DNA of 64,000 nucleotides from an uncultured Erysipelotrichaceae bacterium (GTDB lineage: Bacteria; Bacillota_I; Bacilli_A; RF39; UBA660). Below are positions 20,606-28,784 of the stretch, in pieces. Position 1 is the stretch's first letter. The number at the start of each line of letters is the position of its first letter. Both the position numbers and the translations under genes were made by a program. The notes under the pieces were generated by a model. That model made no database searches. It was given only the letters and a program-made list of their open reading frames with translations, and was not told the DNA's origin. Location of the stretch: NCBI GenBank assembly GCA_948442015.1, contig CAOJRP010000001.1, forward strand, positions 29,617 to 93,616. The letters run 5' to 3'.

Positions 20606-20727
20606 AATATCACTCCTTCTTTCTATAATTATTTTATTATATACAATTGTTCGTGTCAACGATTTGATGTACATTTGTTTGACTTTTGACATTTTCTATG
20701 CTAAGATGTATTTGTAAGGAGGAAAAT

Positions 20728-21348
20728 ATGGCAAAAAATATTACAAAGAGACAAGCTGATGTCTTAACTTATATCAAAAAATACACTGTTGAACATGGAT
20801 ATCCACCTGCTACTAGAGAAATTGGTGCTGCTTTAGGTTTATCTTCCCCTGCTACTGTTCATACTCACTTAAAAAAATTAGAGGAAGCTGGATGTATTAG
20901 AAAAACCAATTCCAAGTTTAGAACAATTGAAGTGCTAGTGGAAAATGAATTTGAGAAAAAGGATAATGACATTGTAAAAGTACCACTTCTTGGTAAAATA
21001 ACATGTGGCAATCCAATTGAAGCGATTGAAACACCTGATGAATGGTTTTCCCTACCAGCTTCTATTATCCCTAAAAAAGAAACAGTATTTACTTTAAAAG
21101 CTAGTGGTGACTCAATGATCAACAAAGGTATATATGATAAAGACATCGTTATTGTTCAAAAGCAAAGTGTAGCTAAAAACGGCGATATAGTTGTTGCGAT
21201 GACACCTGATAATGAAGTTACTTTGAAAACTTTTTACAAAGAAAATGGGCATATTAGATTACAACCTGAAAACGATACTATGGAACCACTAATATTTGAT
21301 AATATTACTATATTAGGTATAGCAGTTGGCTTATATCGTGAACTTTAA
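20728..21348 (+). CDS. lexA: LexA repressor
   Basis: Winged HTH N-terminus. S24 peptidase core GDSMINKGIYDKDIVIVQ with Ser in the GDSM motif and the Lys dyad partner present (LKTF...). RBS AAGGAGGAAAAT before the ATG at 20728. Confidence 0.85.
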   Translation: MAKNITKRQADVLTYIKKYTVEHGYPPATREIGAALGLSSPATVHTHLKKLEEAGCIRKTNSKFRTIEVLVENEFEKKDNDIVKVPLLGKITCGNPIEAIETPDEWFSLPASIIPKKETVFTLKASGDSMINKGIYDKDIVIVQKQSVAKNGDIVVAMTPDNEVTLKTFYKENGHIRLQPENDTMEPLIFDNITILGIAVGLYREL

Positions 21349-21362
21349 GAAACATTTACTTC

Positions 21363-21880
21363 TCAGACTACTGACAAAAGGGTATTATTTTTGAATAATG
21401 CTCTTTTTATTATGATTATTAACAAGAAAATAGTATTTTTATTATCATTTTTGCTAGTTTTCCCTTTATTTTTATCTTTATTTGCTTTCCATATTGCCAT
21501 TTTTTTAAGATTATGACATGCAAAAATTAAGAGAACTTGATTAGAATTTTTTTCTAATCCTCTTATTCTTGTAAATCTTAATCCATGTTGTTCTTTACAA
21601 TCGGCAAATATTCGCTCAACTGTTTGCTTTCTTTTAGGATATTCCATTTTAAATATTTCTTCATATCTTCTTGTATTTATTTCATCTTTATAATCTTGCC
21701 ATATATGTCTTGTTATTACTTTTTGTACATTTTTCTTTTAATGGACATGTTTCACAACTTTTTCTATTTGACTTATATATTTTATATCCCTGCTTATCTA
21801 CTGTTTTTAATTCTAATATTTCTCCTGTTGGACATACATATACTTCTTTTTCTACAAAAAGGAAAGACCATTGACTTTGT
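21363..21880 (-). mobile_element. Truncated IS1182-family transposase remnant (C-terminal ~170 codons only, no start codon)
   Basis: The minus strand translates to ...VEKEVYVCPTGEILELKTVDKQGYKIYKSNRKSCETCPLKEKCTKS...VERIFADCKEQHGLRFTRIRGLEKNSNQVLLIFACHNLKKMA. This is the C-terminal zinc-finger and tail of IS1182/IS5-like transposases. The frame opens directly after a TGA. Confidence 0.6.
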
Positions 21881-21893
21881 CAATGGTCTGAGA
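21870..21893 (-). terminator. Rho-independent terminator of the 772-aa gene and locus
   Basis: Perfect 10-bp stem GACCATTGAC/GTCAATGGTC with a 3-nt loop. On the minus strand it is followed by CTTTCCTTTTTGT, 7 nt after the stop codon. Confidence 0.55.
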
Positions 21894-21899
21894 TGAGGA

Positions 21900-24218
21900 T
21901 TACTCATCTTCTGGTTTTATATAAATATATTTCTTTTCCTCACCTAATGTATTATCTTCTATAGAAGTTAATGGGTATGTTATAATTCCAATTTCATCTG
22001 TTGTTTGTTTATCACCATCAACAGCTGGATTAGTAGTTTCTTCTTGTTCTTCTTTTGTTTCTTCAGTAGTAGAAGTATCTTTTAAAAGTGGCGGATTACT
22101 ATCTTCTTCTAAAGAAACAGTTGGTATTTCAGTTGTTTCCTCTTCCTTTAATGGAGTATCAGAAACATCTGGTGTTGGTGCATCTTCAGTAGAACCACTT
22201 GTAACTGTTGTAATATTAATTTTAATATTTATACTATTTTCTCCAGCAATAGAAGTTATTTTAAGTTCAATATTATTTGTTCCACTAACAATTGTAGTTG
22301 TTGTATCAATTGTTGCATCTAATCCAGTAACAGAAATAATACTTTGGAAATTACTATCATTTATAATCGCATCAATAATAGTTATATCACTAATATTTTG
22401 TTCTAATTGTGTCTTTAATCTTTGTACTTTCCATTGTAATGGAAGAGATTTTTGTATTTCATAACTTTCACCATTTATTATTATGTCATATAATCTCGAA
22501 GTAATTTGTATTGCATGATTACTTTCATCATATCTAAAGTAATCACTATTAATCTTCTTAGCCAAATCTTTAACATTATCAATAGTACCATCAAATTGTG
22601 ACTCTAAATAATTTTTAATTGCTACATACTCATTTGATGTACTCTTATACATATAAGCATCTAAATATTTAAAGAATAAAGCATTTATTTCTCCACTACT
22701 TAAGTTTTCATTAAAGAAGTAGAAATTTTTAAGATTATTAGTCATGTTTTTATTATTATAATAAGTCTTAACATAACTTGTAAAATTAGCATCAATAGTA
22801 ATTACATCATGAGTATTTGTATCACTATAACTTAATCCTTCGATAGATGCATATTCACGAGGATTTTCTCTTTTAGCTTCTTCTAAATGTTCTCTTATAA
22901 AAATACTTATTTCTGATGAGTTAACATTACTACTATAAGAATCTAGTAAAGTAATAATTCTCTCTTCTATTGTTTCTGTATTTAATTTCGAAAGTTTAAT
23001 TTTATTTCCTTCAATATAATCTCTTAAATCAAAGTAACGTTTAAATTCGGTCTTAAATGTATCAGTAATAATAAGTTCATTGTATGAAGTATCACTACCA
23101 ATAGTTATACCACTAATTCTAGTTAAATCATTAACAGTTATATTATCTCTATCAGCAGTAAATATAGATATCATATATTCTTCCAATAGATTATCTATTG
23201 TCTTAGTATCATTTAAATAATCTTTTAATGCTTCATTGAAACTCACTTCATTATTATGGATATATTCTTTTAAATACTTAATAAAGCGATTATAAATAGC
23301 TGAATTATTAAATTTTGATAAATAGATACTATTATTTTGTAAAAAATCTTTTCTTAAATCAAAGTAACGTTTAAATTCAGTCTTAAATTCTTCATTAATA
23401 ACTAGCCTATTATATTTAACTAAGTTACTATTTAAAGTAATTCCACTTATCTTTTCTAGGTCATTAACATTTATATTTGTACTAGGAAATATTGAATTTA
23501 AATATTCATCTAATAAACTATCCAAAGTATTTGGAGCAATTAAATAATCTTTTAACGCCTCATTAAAGCTTGTTTCATTATTATGAATATACTCTTTTAA
23601 AAGTTTAACAAAACGATTATAAATATCATTTTGATTACTTTTTATTAAATAAATGTTATTATCTTCTAATTTATCTATTTTATCTTCTAAGTATTTATCA
23701 GTATTAACACTAAATAATCCTGTAGCATATTCATACTCTCTTTCATTAGTGAATTGTTGTTTAACATTGATTGATAAGTTAATAGCATCACCTTTTATTA
23801 CTTTATCAACTGGACAAGTTAAATTAACAATAATACTATTTCCCATCCCTGTTAATGTATTAAAAGAAATACTACTAGCATCAATATTGGCATTACCGTC
23901 AAAGAATGTACTATAGCAACTGGAATCAGGTAAAATTAAGGAATAAGTATCAACTTCATTCTCTTTCATTGAAGAACTACGAACAAAGTTAAACTTATAA
24001 TGAATATTTGTTGCAGTTGAATCATCTTGAACTCCCATACTAGATGATGTGTCGTCAATATAATATCCACCCATTTGATTAAACTTAGCTTTGTACAATA
24101 AAGCATTTTCTTCTTCCTTATAATACTTAGCATCAGATGGAGTATAAGTAAAACTAGCTAATAGACATATAACAAGTAAAGTATATAAAATAAGTTTTAT
24201 ACGTGTTTTATTTTTCAT
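21900..24218 (-). CDS. Large secreted repeat protein (772 aa) with an N-terminal signal peptide, internal ~100-aa duplication and an acidic Thr/Glu-rich C-terminus. Putative SipW-cognate substrate.
   Basis: Signal peptide MKNKTRIKLILYTLLVICLLASFTYTPSDAKYY. Duplicated blocks ...IYNRF(V/I)K(L/Y)LKEYIHNNE(T/V)SFNEALKDYL... and FKTEFKRYFDLR. No LPXTG. Confidence 0.6.
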   Translation of the reverse strand: MKNKTRIKLILYTLLVICLLASFTYTPSDAKYYKEEENALLYKAKFNQMGGYYIDDTSSSMGVQDDSTATNIHYKFNFVRSSSMKENEVDTYSLILPDSSCYSTFFDGNANIDASSISFNTLTGMGNSIIVNLTCPVDKVIKGDAINLSINVKQQFTNEREYEYATGLFSVNTDKYLEDKIDKLEDNNIYLIKSNQNDIYNRFVKLLKEYIHNNETSFNEALKDYLIAPNTLDSLLDEYLNSIFPSTNINVNDLEKISGITLNSNLVKYNRLVINEEFKTEFKRYFDLRKDFLQNNSIYLSKFNNSAIYNRFIKYLKEYIHNNEVSFNEALKDYLNDTKTIDNLLEEYMISIFTADRDNITVNDLTRISGITIGSDTSYNELIITDTFKTEFKRYFDLRDYIEGNKIKLSKLNTETIEERIITLLDSYSSNVNSSEISIFIREHLEEAKRENPREYASIEGLSYSDTNTHDVITIDANFTSYVKTYYNNKNMTNNLKNFYFFNENLSSGEINALFFKYLDAYMYKSTSNEYVAIKNYLESQFDGTIDNVKDLAKKINSDYFRYDESNHAIQITSRLYDIIINGESYEIQKSLPLQWKVQRLKTQLEQNISDITIIDAIINDSNFQSIISVTGLDATIDTTTTIVSGTNNIELKITSIAGENSINIKINITTVTSGSTEDAPTPDVSDTPLKEEETTEIPTVSLEEDSNPPLLKDTSTTEETKEEQEETTNPAVDGDKQTTDEIGIITYPLTSIEDNTLGEEKKYIYIKPEDE

Positions 24219-24229
24219 ATTATCCCTCC

Positions 24230-24772
24230 TTAATTACTATCTTGTGTAGCAGCATAATCTACTTTTAAAATACTATCATAATTAATTGCTGTTTTATAAG
24301 CATCTGTATTATATTCTTTATATCTTAATTTTATTTTATAAGTATTTATAGTTCCTTTTGGCATTGTTCCTTTAAATTCAATACCATTAGCTAAAAGAGT
24401 ATAACTCATATTATTGCCACTAACTGGTAGTAAAGAAACAAATTCAAAATTATCATCAATTGTAATATTAGCGACGACTAGTGTATCAACCTCGCTCTTT
24501 TTAGCATCGATATTAAAATCGTATTCTAAATATTCTTCTGGTCGCATTGAACCTAAATCACAAGCTGTTCCACTTTCTTGACCATCACATATTCTTTCAT
24601 AAGCAAAATCTAGAGCAAATTTGGCAGGTCTTGCAACATCAGTACTAGTATAAGTGGTGATAAATCTTGAATATGTTACTACCATAGTTAACATACCTAA
24701 AGAAATACTATACATTATTAACCACTTCAATAAATTCTTTTTAAACCTTCTACTATGTAGTAAACTATTCAT
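24230..24772 (-). CDS. Small secreted protein (180 aa), TasA/camelysin-like putative minor subunit
   Basis: N-terminal hydrophobic segment followed by TYSRFITTYTSTDVARPAKFALDF, which resembles SipW-cognate signal regions. The start codon abuts the sipW-2 stop (TAGATG). Confidence 0.45.
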   Translation of the reverse strand: MNSLLHSRRFKKNLLKWLIMYSISLGMLTMVVTYSRFITTYTSTDVARPAKFALDFAYERICDGQESGTACDLGSMRPEEYLEYDFNIDAKKSEVDTLVVANITIDDNFEFVSLLPVSGNNMSYTLLANGIEFKGTMPKGTINTYKIKLRYKEYNTDAYKTAINYDSILKVDYAATQDSN

Positions 24773-25366
24773 CTAATCACCTACTTTCAATCTATTTTTA
24801 TATTTTTCTATAAATAATATCTTTTCCCGATATTCTAAAAATCTTTTTTCTTCTTCCGTTATATCTTTAGGAACCCCATTTTTATCAGTACTAGCTAAAA
24901 TGCAAATAATAATTCCAATAATTAAGATTAATATTAAAGTTAAAGGGTTCTGTAAGGAGCTTACTAGAATTCCAAAATGTGGTACTTTAAAGATGTATTT
25001 CCCTATAACATTTTCCGACTTGACAATATCTTTATCTTTAGCGTTATTAGCATCTCCTTTAGTAATAAGTCCACTATCTAAATTTTCCATTACACGATGA
25101 GTTACAAAAGAGCCATCAGAACTCGAATATGTTATAACATCATTTTCATTTATTTCTTTATCTTTAGTGTTAATCACTACTAAATCTCCAACGTTTAAAA
25201 CAGGTTCCATTGAGCCGCTAGCAACTTCTAAAAATGCATAACCATTAATAGTCGCTATATTTTTATGAAGTATTTTAACTTGAATATAATTAGAAACATT
25301 TATAAACAAGGTCAATACTAATAAAAGCATTATTATTGTTTCAACAATTTTTTTAACAGCATTCAT
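24773..25366 (-). CDS. sipW: Signal peptidase I, SipW / archaeal-ER type (copy 2)
   Basis: N-terminal TM. Catalytic motif EVASGSMEPVLNVGDLVVIN with downstream His. C-terminal TM (LTLILILIIGIIICILAS) plus charged tail RFLEYREK. Confidence 0.7.
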   Translation of the reverse strand: MNAVKKIVETIIMLLLVLTLFINVSNYIQVKILHKNIATINGYAFLEVASGSMEPVLNVGDLVVINTKDKEINENDVITYSSSDGSFVTHRVMENLDSGLITKGDANNAKDKDIVKSENVIGKYIFKVPHFGILVSSLQNPLTLILILIIGIIICILASTDKNGVPKDITEEEKRFLEYREKILFIEKYKNRLKVGD

Positions 25367-25390
25367 AATGGCAACCTCCCTTTTATTCTC

Positions 25391-27280
25391 CTATTTACAA
25401 ACACTTTCTGTTACTTCATAATCTAAACTAACTAATAAGTCATATTGATTATTATTTCCTAAAGAACCAATAGCTGTATCTAATTCATCATTATCAAGCC
25501 ATTTCCAAAGTAAAGATACTTCTATTTTCTCCTTTGGTTTTAAACTAATACCAAAGTCAATATTTCTTTCTCTTCTACTTTCATTTATATTTATTATATT
25601 AGCATCTTCATTAAATGTTTGATATTTATTACTACTTCCATAATAATACGTATAGTTATTATCTTGTGGGTGCGAATATTTGATTATATAGCCCATATTT
25701 AAGCATCCTAAATTATCTTGGCAAATAGTTTTTTCTTCTAAATTAATCTTATTTATTTTTACTTCACTATCTAATGTATTTTCAATAGTTATTATATAGG
25801 AACCATAAGCTCCAGGATAAATAACTTTATCTTTGCCATATTTATTAAAGTATTCTTCATTATGGAAAATATCGACGTCAGTTAAATAGGCTGTCCCAGT
25901 CTTTGTAATTTCTTCTTTTGTACTAGTACTTGAATAAACCGCATATAAAGTTGTATCACTAGTAGCAATAAATTTAGAATCTTTTGAATACTTAGTTCCT
26001 AAACCATTTGGCATTGTATTAAAACTATCTAATGTGTAATATAAACAGTTTTGTTTGTCAGCTTCTTTATAAGCTATATATTTACTTAATTCTAACTCTT
26101 CAGTATTACTTAATAGAAAACTATATTCTTTGAGACTGTTTGCAAATACTCCATCTTGAGCATTCAATGTTACATAGTATTTAGCTGTAATATTAACATT
26201 TATTGTACGTGTAGGGAATGGATTGTTGTTAGCACTACCACTAATTGTAATTGAGGCATTACCACTATTTTTTGTTGTAACAAGATAAGATATATAATTT
26301 TTTATCTTCTCATTATCTTTAGGATTGTAACCTATTTCCAAAATATTTGGATTAGATGAAGTTATATCGATATATCCTAAATTGTTAGATAAACGAATAC
26401 CACCTAGAATATTTTGAACGTTTATTTTGCCTTCATTAAATAAATTGGTTTCTAGAATTAAATTTTTTCTATTATCTTTGCTTGTATAAGCTAGTTCATA
26501 TTTATTTGTAGTAATGTTGTAATAATAGTTATTGGAGTCATTATTTTCTGTACCACTAGGTCTTTCTTTTTTAACAGTTATAATACAACTTGTTTGATAT
26601 TCTTTACCATCTTTAGATACTGTAAGAGTAATTTTAACATTTCCTTCTTTAAATGCTTTTACTATTACTTCGTTATTTATTAGTTCTACTGTCGCAATAG
26701 AGGAATCACTACTAATAACACTTAAATCACCAGCAATATTAATTAATTTATAAGGTATTTTTAAAGTATTGTTTTCATTTAGATAAATAGTATTTTTTGT
26801 TCTAGTAAAGACTACTCCTTCACTAACTGGCTTACTTTCATCTTTAATAGTCAATTCATGAGTACCAATATATTTTTTATTATTAGTTTCAGTAATTATA
26901 GAGATTGTAACATTACCTTCTTTGATGGCATAAACTTCAACATAGTTACCTTTAACAATACACACAGCTATATCAGCATCAGATGTTGTACAAGTAAATT
27001 CTTTAGCATCTATTTTATCAAGTGTAAACTCGATACGATAAATACTTCCAATATAGGTTTCTCCAATAGGTGCAATAAATTGTAATTCATTATTTCTACT
27101 TTCTTTAAGATGTTTGTCATCATCTATTTCTAGTTCTGTAGAATTATTAAAGGGATTACCAATTTTTCCCCAAAACAAAGATGTACAACTAGTAATCATT
27201 AAGATAATTATAATAATTATTAGAATTGTCATAATGATTTTATTAGTTTTTATTTTTTCATTATAGTTTCTATAAGCCAT
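25391..27280 (-). CDS. Membrane-anchored surface protein with Big_2 (bacterial Ig-like) domains
   Basis: N-terminal TM (IIMTILIIIIIILMI). At least two Big_2-like segments (TSDADIAVCIVKGNYVEVYAIKEGNVTISI; SSDSSIATVELINNEVIVKAFKEGNVKITLTV). Confidence 0.55.
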   Translation of the reverse strand: MAYRNYNEKIKTNKIIMTILIIIIIILMITSCTSLFWGKIGNPFNNSTELEIDDDKHLKESRNNELQFIAPIGETYIGSIYRIEFTLDKIDAKEFTCTTSDADIAVCIVKGNYVEVYAIKEGNVTISIITETNNKKYIGTHELTIKDESKPVSEGVVFTRTKNTIYLNENNTLKIPYKLINIAGDLSVISSDSSIATVELINNEVIVKAFKEGNVKITLTVSKDGKEYQTSCIITVKKERPSGTENNDSNNYYYNITTNKYELAYTSKDNRKNLILETNLFNEGKINVQNILGGIRLSNNLGYIDITSSNPNILEIGYNPKDNEKIKNYISYLVTTKNSGNASITISGSANNNPFPTRTINVNITAKYYVTLNAQDGVFANSLKEYSFLLSNTEELELSKYIAYKEADKQNCLYYTLDSFNTMPNGLGTKYSKDSKFIATSDTTLYAVYSSTSTKEEITKTGTAYLTDVDIFHNEEYFNKYGKDKVIYPGAYGSYIITIENTLDSEVKINKINLEEKTICQDNLGCLNMGYIIKYSHPQDNNYTYYYGSSNKYQTFNEDANIININESRRERNIDFGISLKPKEKIEVSLLWKWLDNDELDTAIGSLGNNNQYDLLVSLDYEVTESVCK

Positions 27281-27308
27281 AGAATCACTTCCCCCTATAA
27301 TTTAATAC

Positions 27309-27343
27309 TATTTAGTTTCCAATTAAATCTATGAATTTCATAG
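27309..27343 (-). other. Strong hairpin (about 16-bp stem, 1 mismatch, 3-nt loop) just downstream of the small-subunit gene, with no U-tract
   Basis: ccaattaaatctatga-att-tcatagacttaattgg. Candidate mRNA stabiliser or partial terminator. Confidence 0.4.
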
Positions 27344-27377
27344 ACTTAATTGGAAGTTAAACACTTCCTAATAGTTA

Positions 27378-27968
27378 CTATGGTGTAGCAACTGGAGCAG
27401 CTTGAGTAGCTGTAATACTTAATGATAATTCGATTGATGGAATTCCACTTTCATCAGTAGCTAATGCAGCTGTTTTACCTAAATCAGTGTCTGTACCATC
27501 TTGGTCATCACTTACGTAGTAAGCCCATCTCCATTTAATTGCATCAGTTAAAGTTACAGTATCACCTTTAGCAATATTTCCTGTAATAGCTTCAACATCA
27601 TCAATACTATTCCAAGTAGTACCATTATCTGTAGAATATTCTAAAGGAATTCCTGATTCATTTTTTAATTCACTAAAAGTGATTGAATAAGTTGCATCAA
27701 CTTCAGAATTATTAGTAATTGTTGGAATAGTTGCTGAACCTTCACTACCTGGAGCAATGATATCATCTGTAAATAAAGCTACTGATAGGTTTGCTTCTGC
27801 ATCCCAAATCTTTTCACCACCAACTTCGATATCCCATTTAGCCACCTTAGCAGTATCAGATAAATCAGCAGTACTAGTATATTTAGCATAAGTATTAGCA
27901 ACTGAACCAAAACTTAATACTGCTAATAACATTAATGTTACAACTAATATGTTTCTAGCCTTTTTCAT
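27378..27968 (-). CDS. Putative major fibre/matrix subunit (196 aa), TasA/BsaA-like SipW-cognate secreted protein
   Basis: Strong RBS GGGGGAGGTGAG before the ATG at 27968. Signal MKKARNILVVTLMLLAVLSFGSVANTYA then KYTSTADLSDTAKVAKWDIEV (compare TasA/CalY GGGTFAFFSD...TFATGTLDL). Thr/Asp/Gly/Ser-rich with noticeably higher GC than its neighbours. Sits directly downstream of sipW. Confidence 0.55.
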   Translation of the reverse strand: MKKARNILVVTLMLLAVLSFGSVANTYAKYTSTADLSDTAKVAKWDIEVGGEKIWDAEANLSVALFTDDIIAPGSEGSATIPTITNNSEVDATYSITFSELKNESGIPLEYSTDNGTTWNSIDDVEAITGNIAKGDTVTLTDAIKWRWAYYVSDDQDGTDTDLGKTAALATDESGIPSIELSLSITATQAAPVATP

Positions 27969-28065
27969 TATCTCACCTCCCCCTAAATTGTAATTTTTGG
28001 TAAGAAGCATAAATTAATTATGCGAAAGGAAAATAATTTATTTAAAATTCATTTTTCCCTATATA

Positions 28066-28092
28066 TGTAACATTCTTTTTTGAATGGTTACA
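28066..28092 (-). promoter_or_regulatory. Inverted repeat / hairpin between sipW-1 and the small-subunit gene
   Basis: TGTAACATTC-tttttt-GAATGGTTACA (10-bp stem with a 1-nt bulge). There is no U-tract on the coding strand, so it may be an operator or a processing/stability element. Confidence 0.35.
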
Positions 28093-28138
28093 TCATTTTT
28101 CTTTACTGGCATCGCTTTTTTTTACTTCTTTTGATTGA

Positions 28139-28759
28139 CTACTTGTCATTTCCAGTGTTTTCTTCCTTAATTTTTTCTTGTAATTGTTTTTGTCTTTTAT
28201 ATTCTAAAAATTCTTGATGTTCAATATTTCTTTCTTTTTTAGTTGAAATATAAAAACCAATTCCAAATCCTAAAGTTACGATTAGAAATAGAATAATAAT
28301 ATTTGTTGGTTTAGCTAAAGAATTGAAAATATTTCCCAGTCCTGTTATTTTAGTAACATATAATCCTTCAACAGCACTAAGTTCTACTAAATTTTGGTCT
28401 TGAGAACTATTATTATCACCTTTAGTAACAAAGTAGATTTTTTCATCTTTTTCGATAATATCAATTATTCTATGAGTTGTAACGGTATTTTCTACATCTC
28501 GAAACGCTATAACATCATTAATTTTTAAATCTTTTGGATTAGTATCTTTTACTATAATCAAATCTCCTCTAAAAATTTCCGTTTCCATTGAACCTGATAA
28601 GACAATAAATGGTTTATATCCAAATACACTTGGTACAACATCTTCATTATTTTTAGCTTGAAGAATGATTGATAAATTAATTAATAGTAATGGTATTAAA
28701 ATAATGCAAACTAGAATTGATAACCAGTTACTAATTTTTTGGTACCATTTCTTTTCCAT
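28139..28759 (-). CDS. sipW: Signal peptidase I, SipW / archaeal-ER type (copy 1)
   Basis: N-terminal TM. VLSGSMETEIFRGDLIIVKD. C-terminal TM (IIILFLIVTLGFGIGFYI) plus charged tail EFLEYKRQ, shared with copy 2. Confidence 0.7.
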   Translation of the reverse strand: MEKKWYQKISNWLSILVCIILIPLLLINLSIILQAKNNEDVVPSVFGYKPFIVLSGSMETEIFRGDLIIVKDTNPKDLKINDVIAFRDVENTVTTHRIIDIIEKDEKIYFVTKGDNNSSQDQNLVELSAVEGLYVTKITGLGNIFNSLAKPTNIIILFLIVTLGFGIGFYISTKKERNIEHQEFLEYKRQKQLQEKIKEENTGNDK

Positions 28760-28784
28760 AATTTATCACCCCTTTTTTCTTTTT

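Noticed and set aside
20686-20727. The tracked LexA ORF starting at 20686 (MTFSMLRCICKEENMAKN...)
   Set aside because: The RBS AAGGAGGAAAAT sits immediately before the internal ATG at 20728, and LexA homologs begin at MAKN.../MTKL.... The upstream extension lies in the divergent promoter region.
21585-21896. Plus-strand ORFs 21585-21896 and 21671-21874 in the region after lexA
   Set aside because: The opposite strand translates cleanly to an IS1182-type transposase C-terminus (CPTGEILELKTVDKQGYKIY...CETCPLKEKC...VERIFADCKEQHGLRF), so the plus-strand ORFs are antisense artefacts of the IS remnant.
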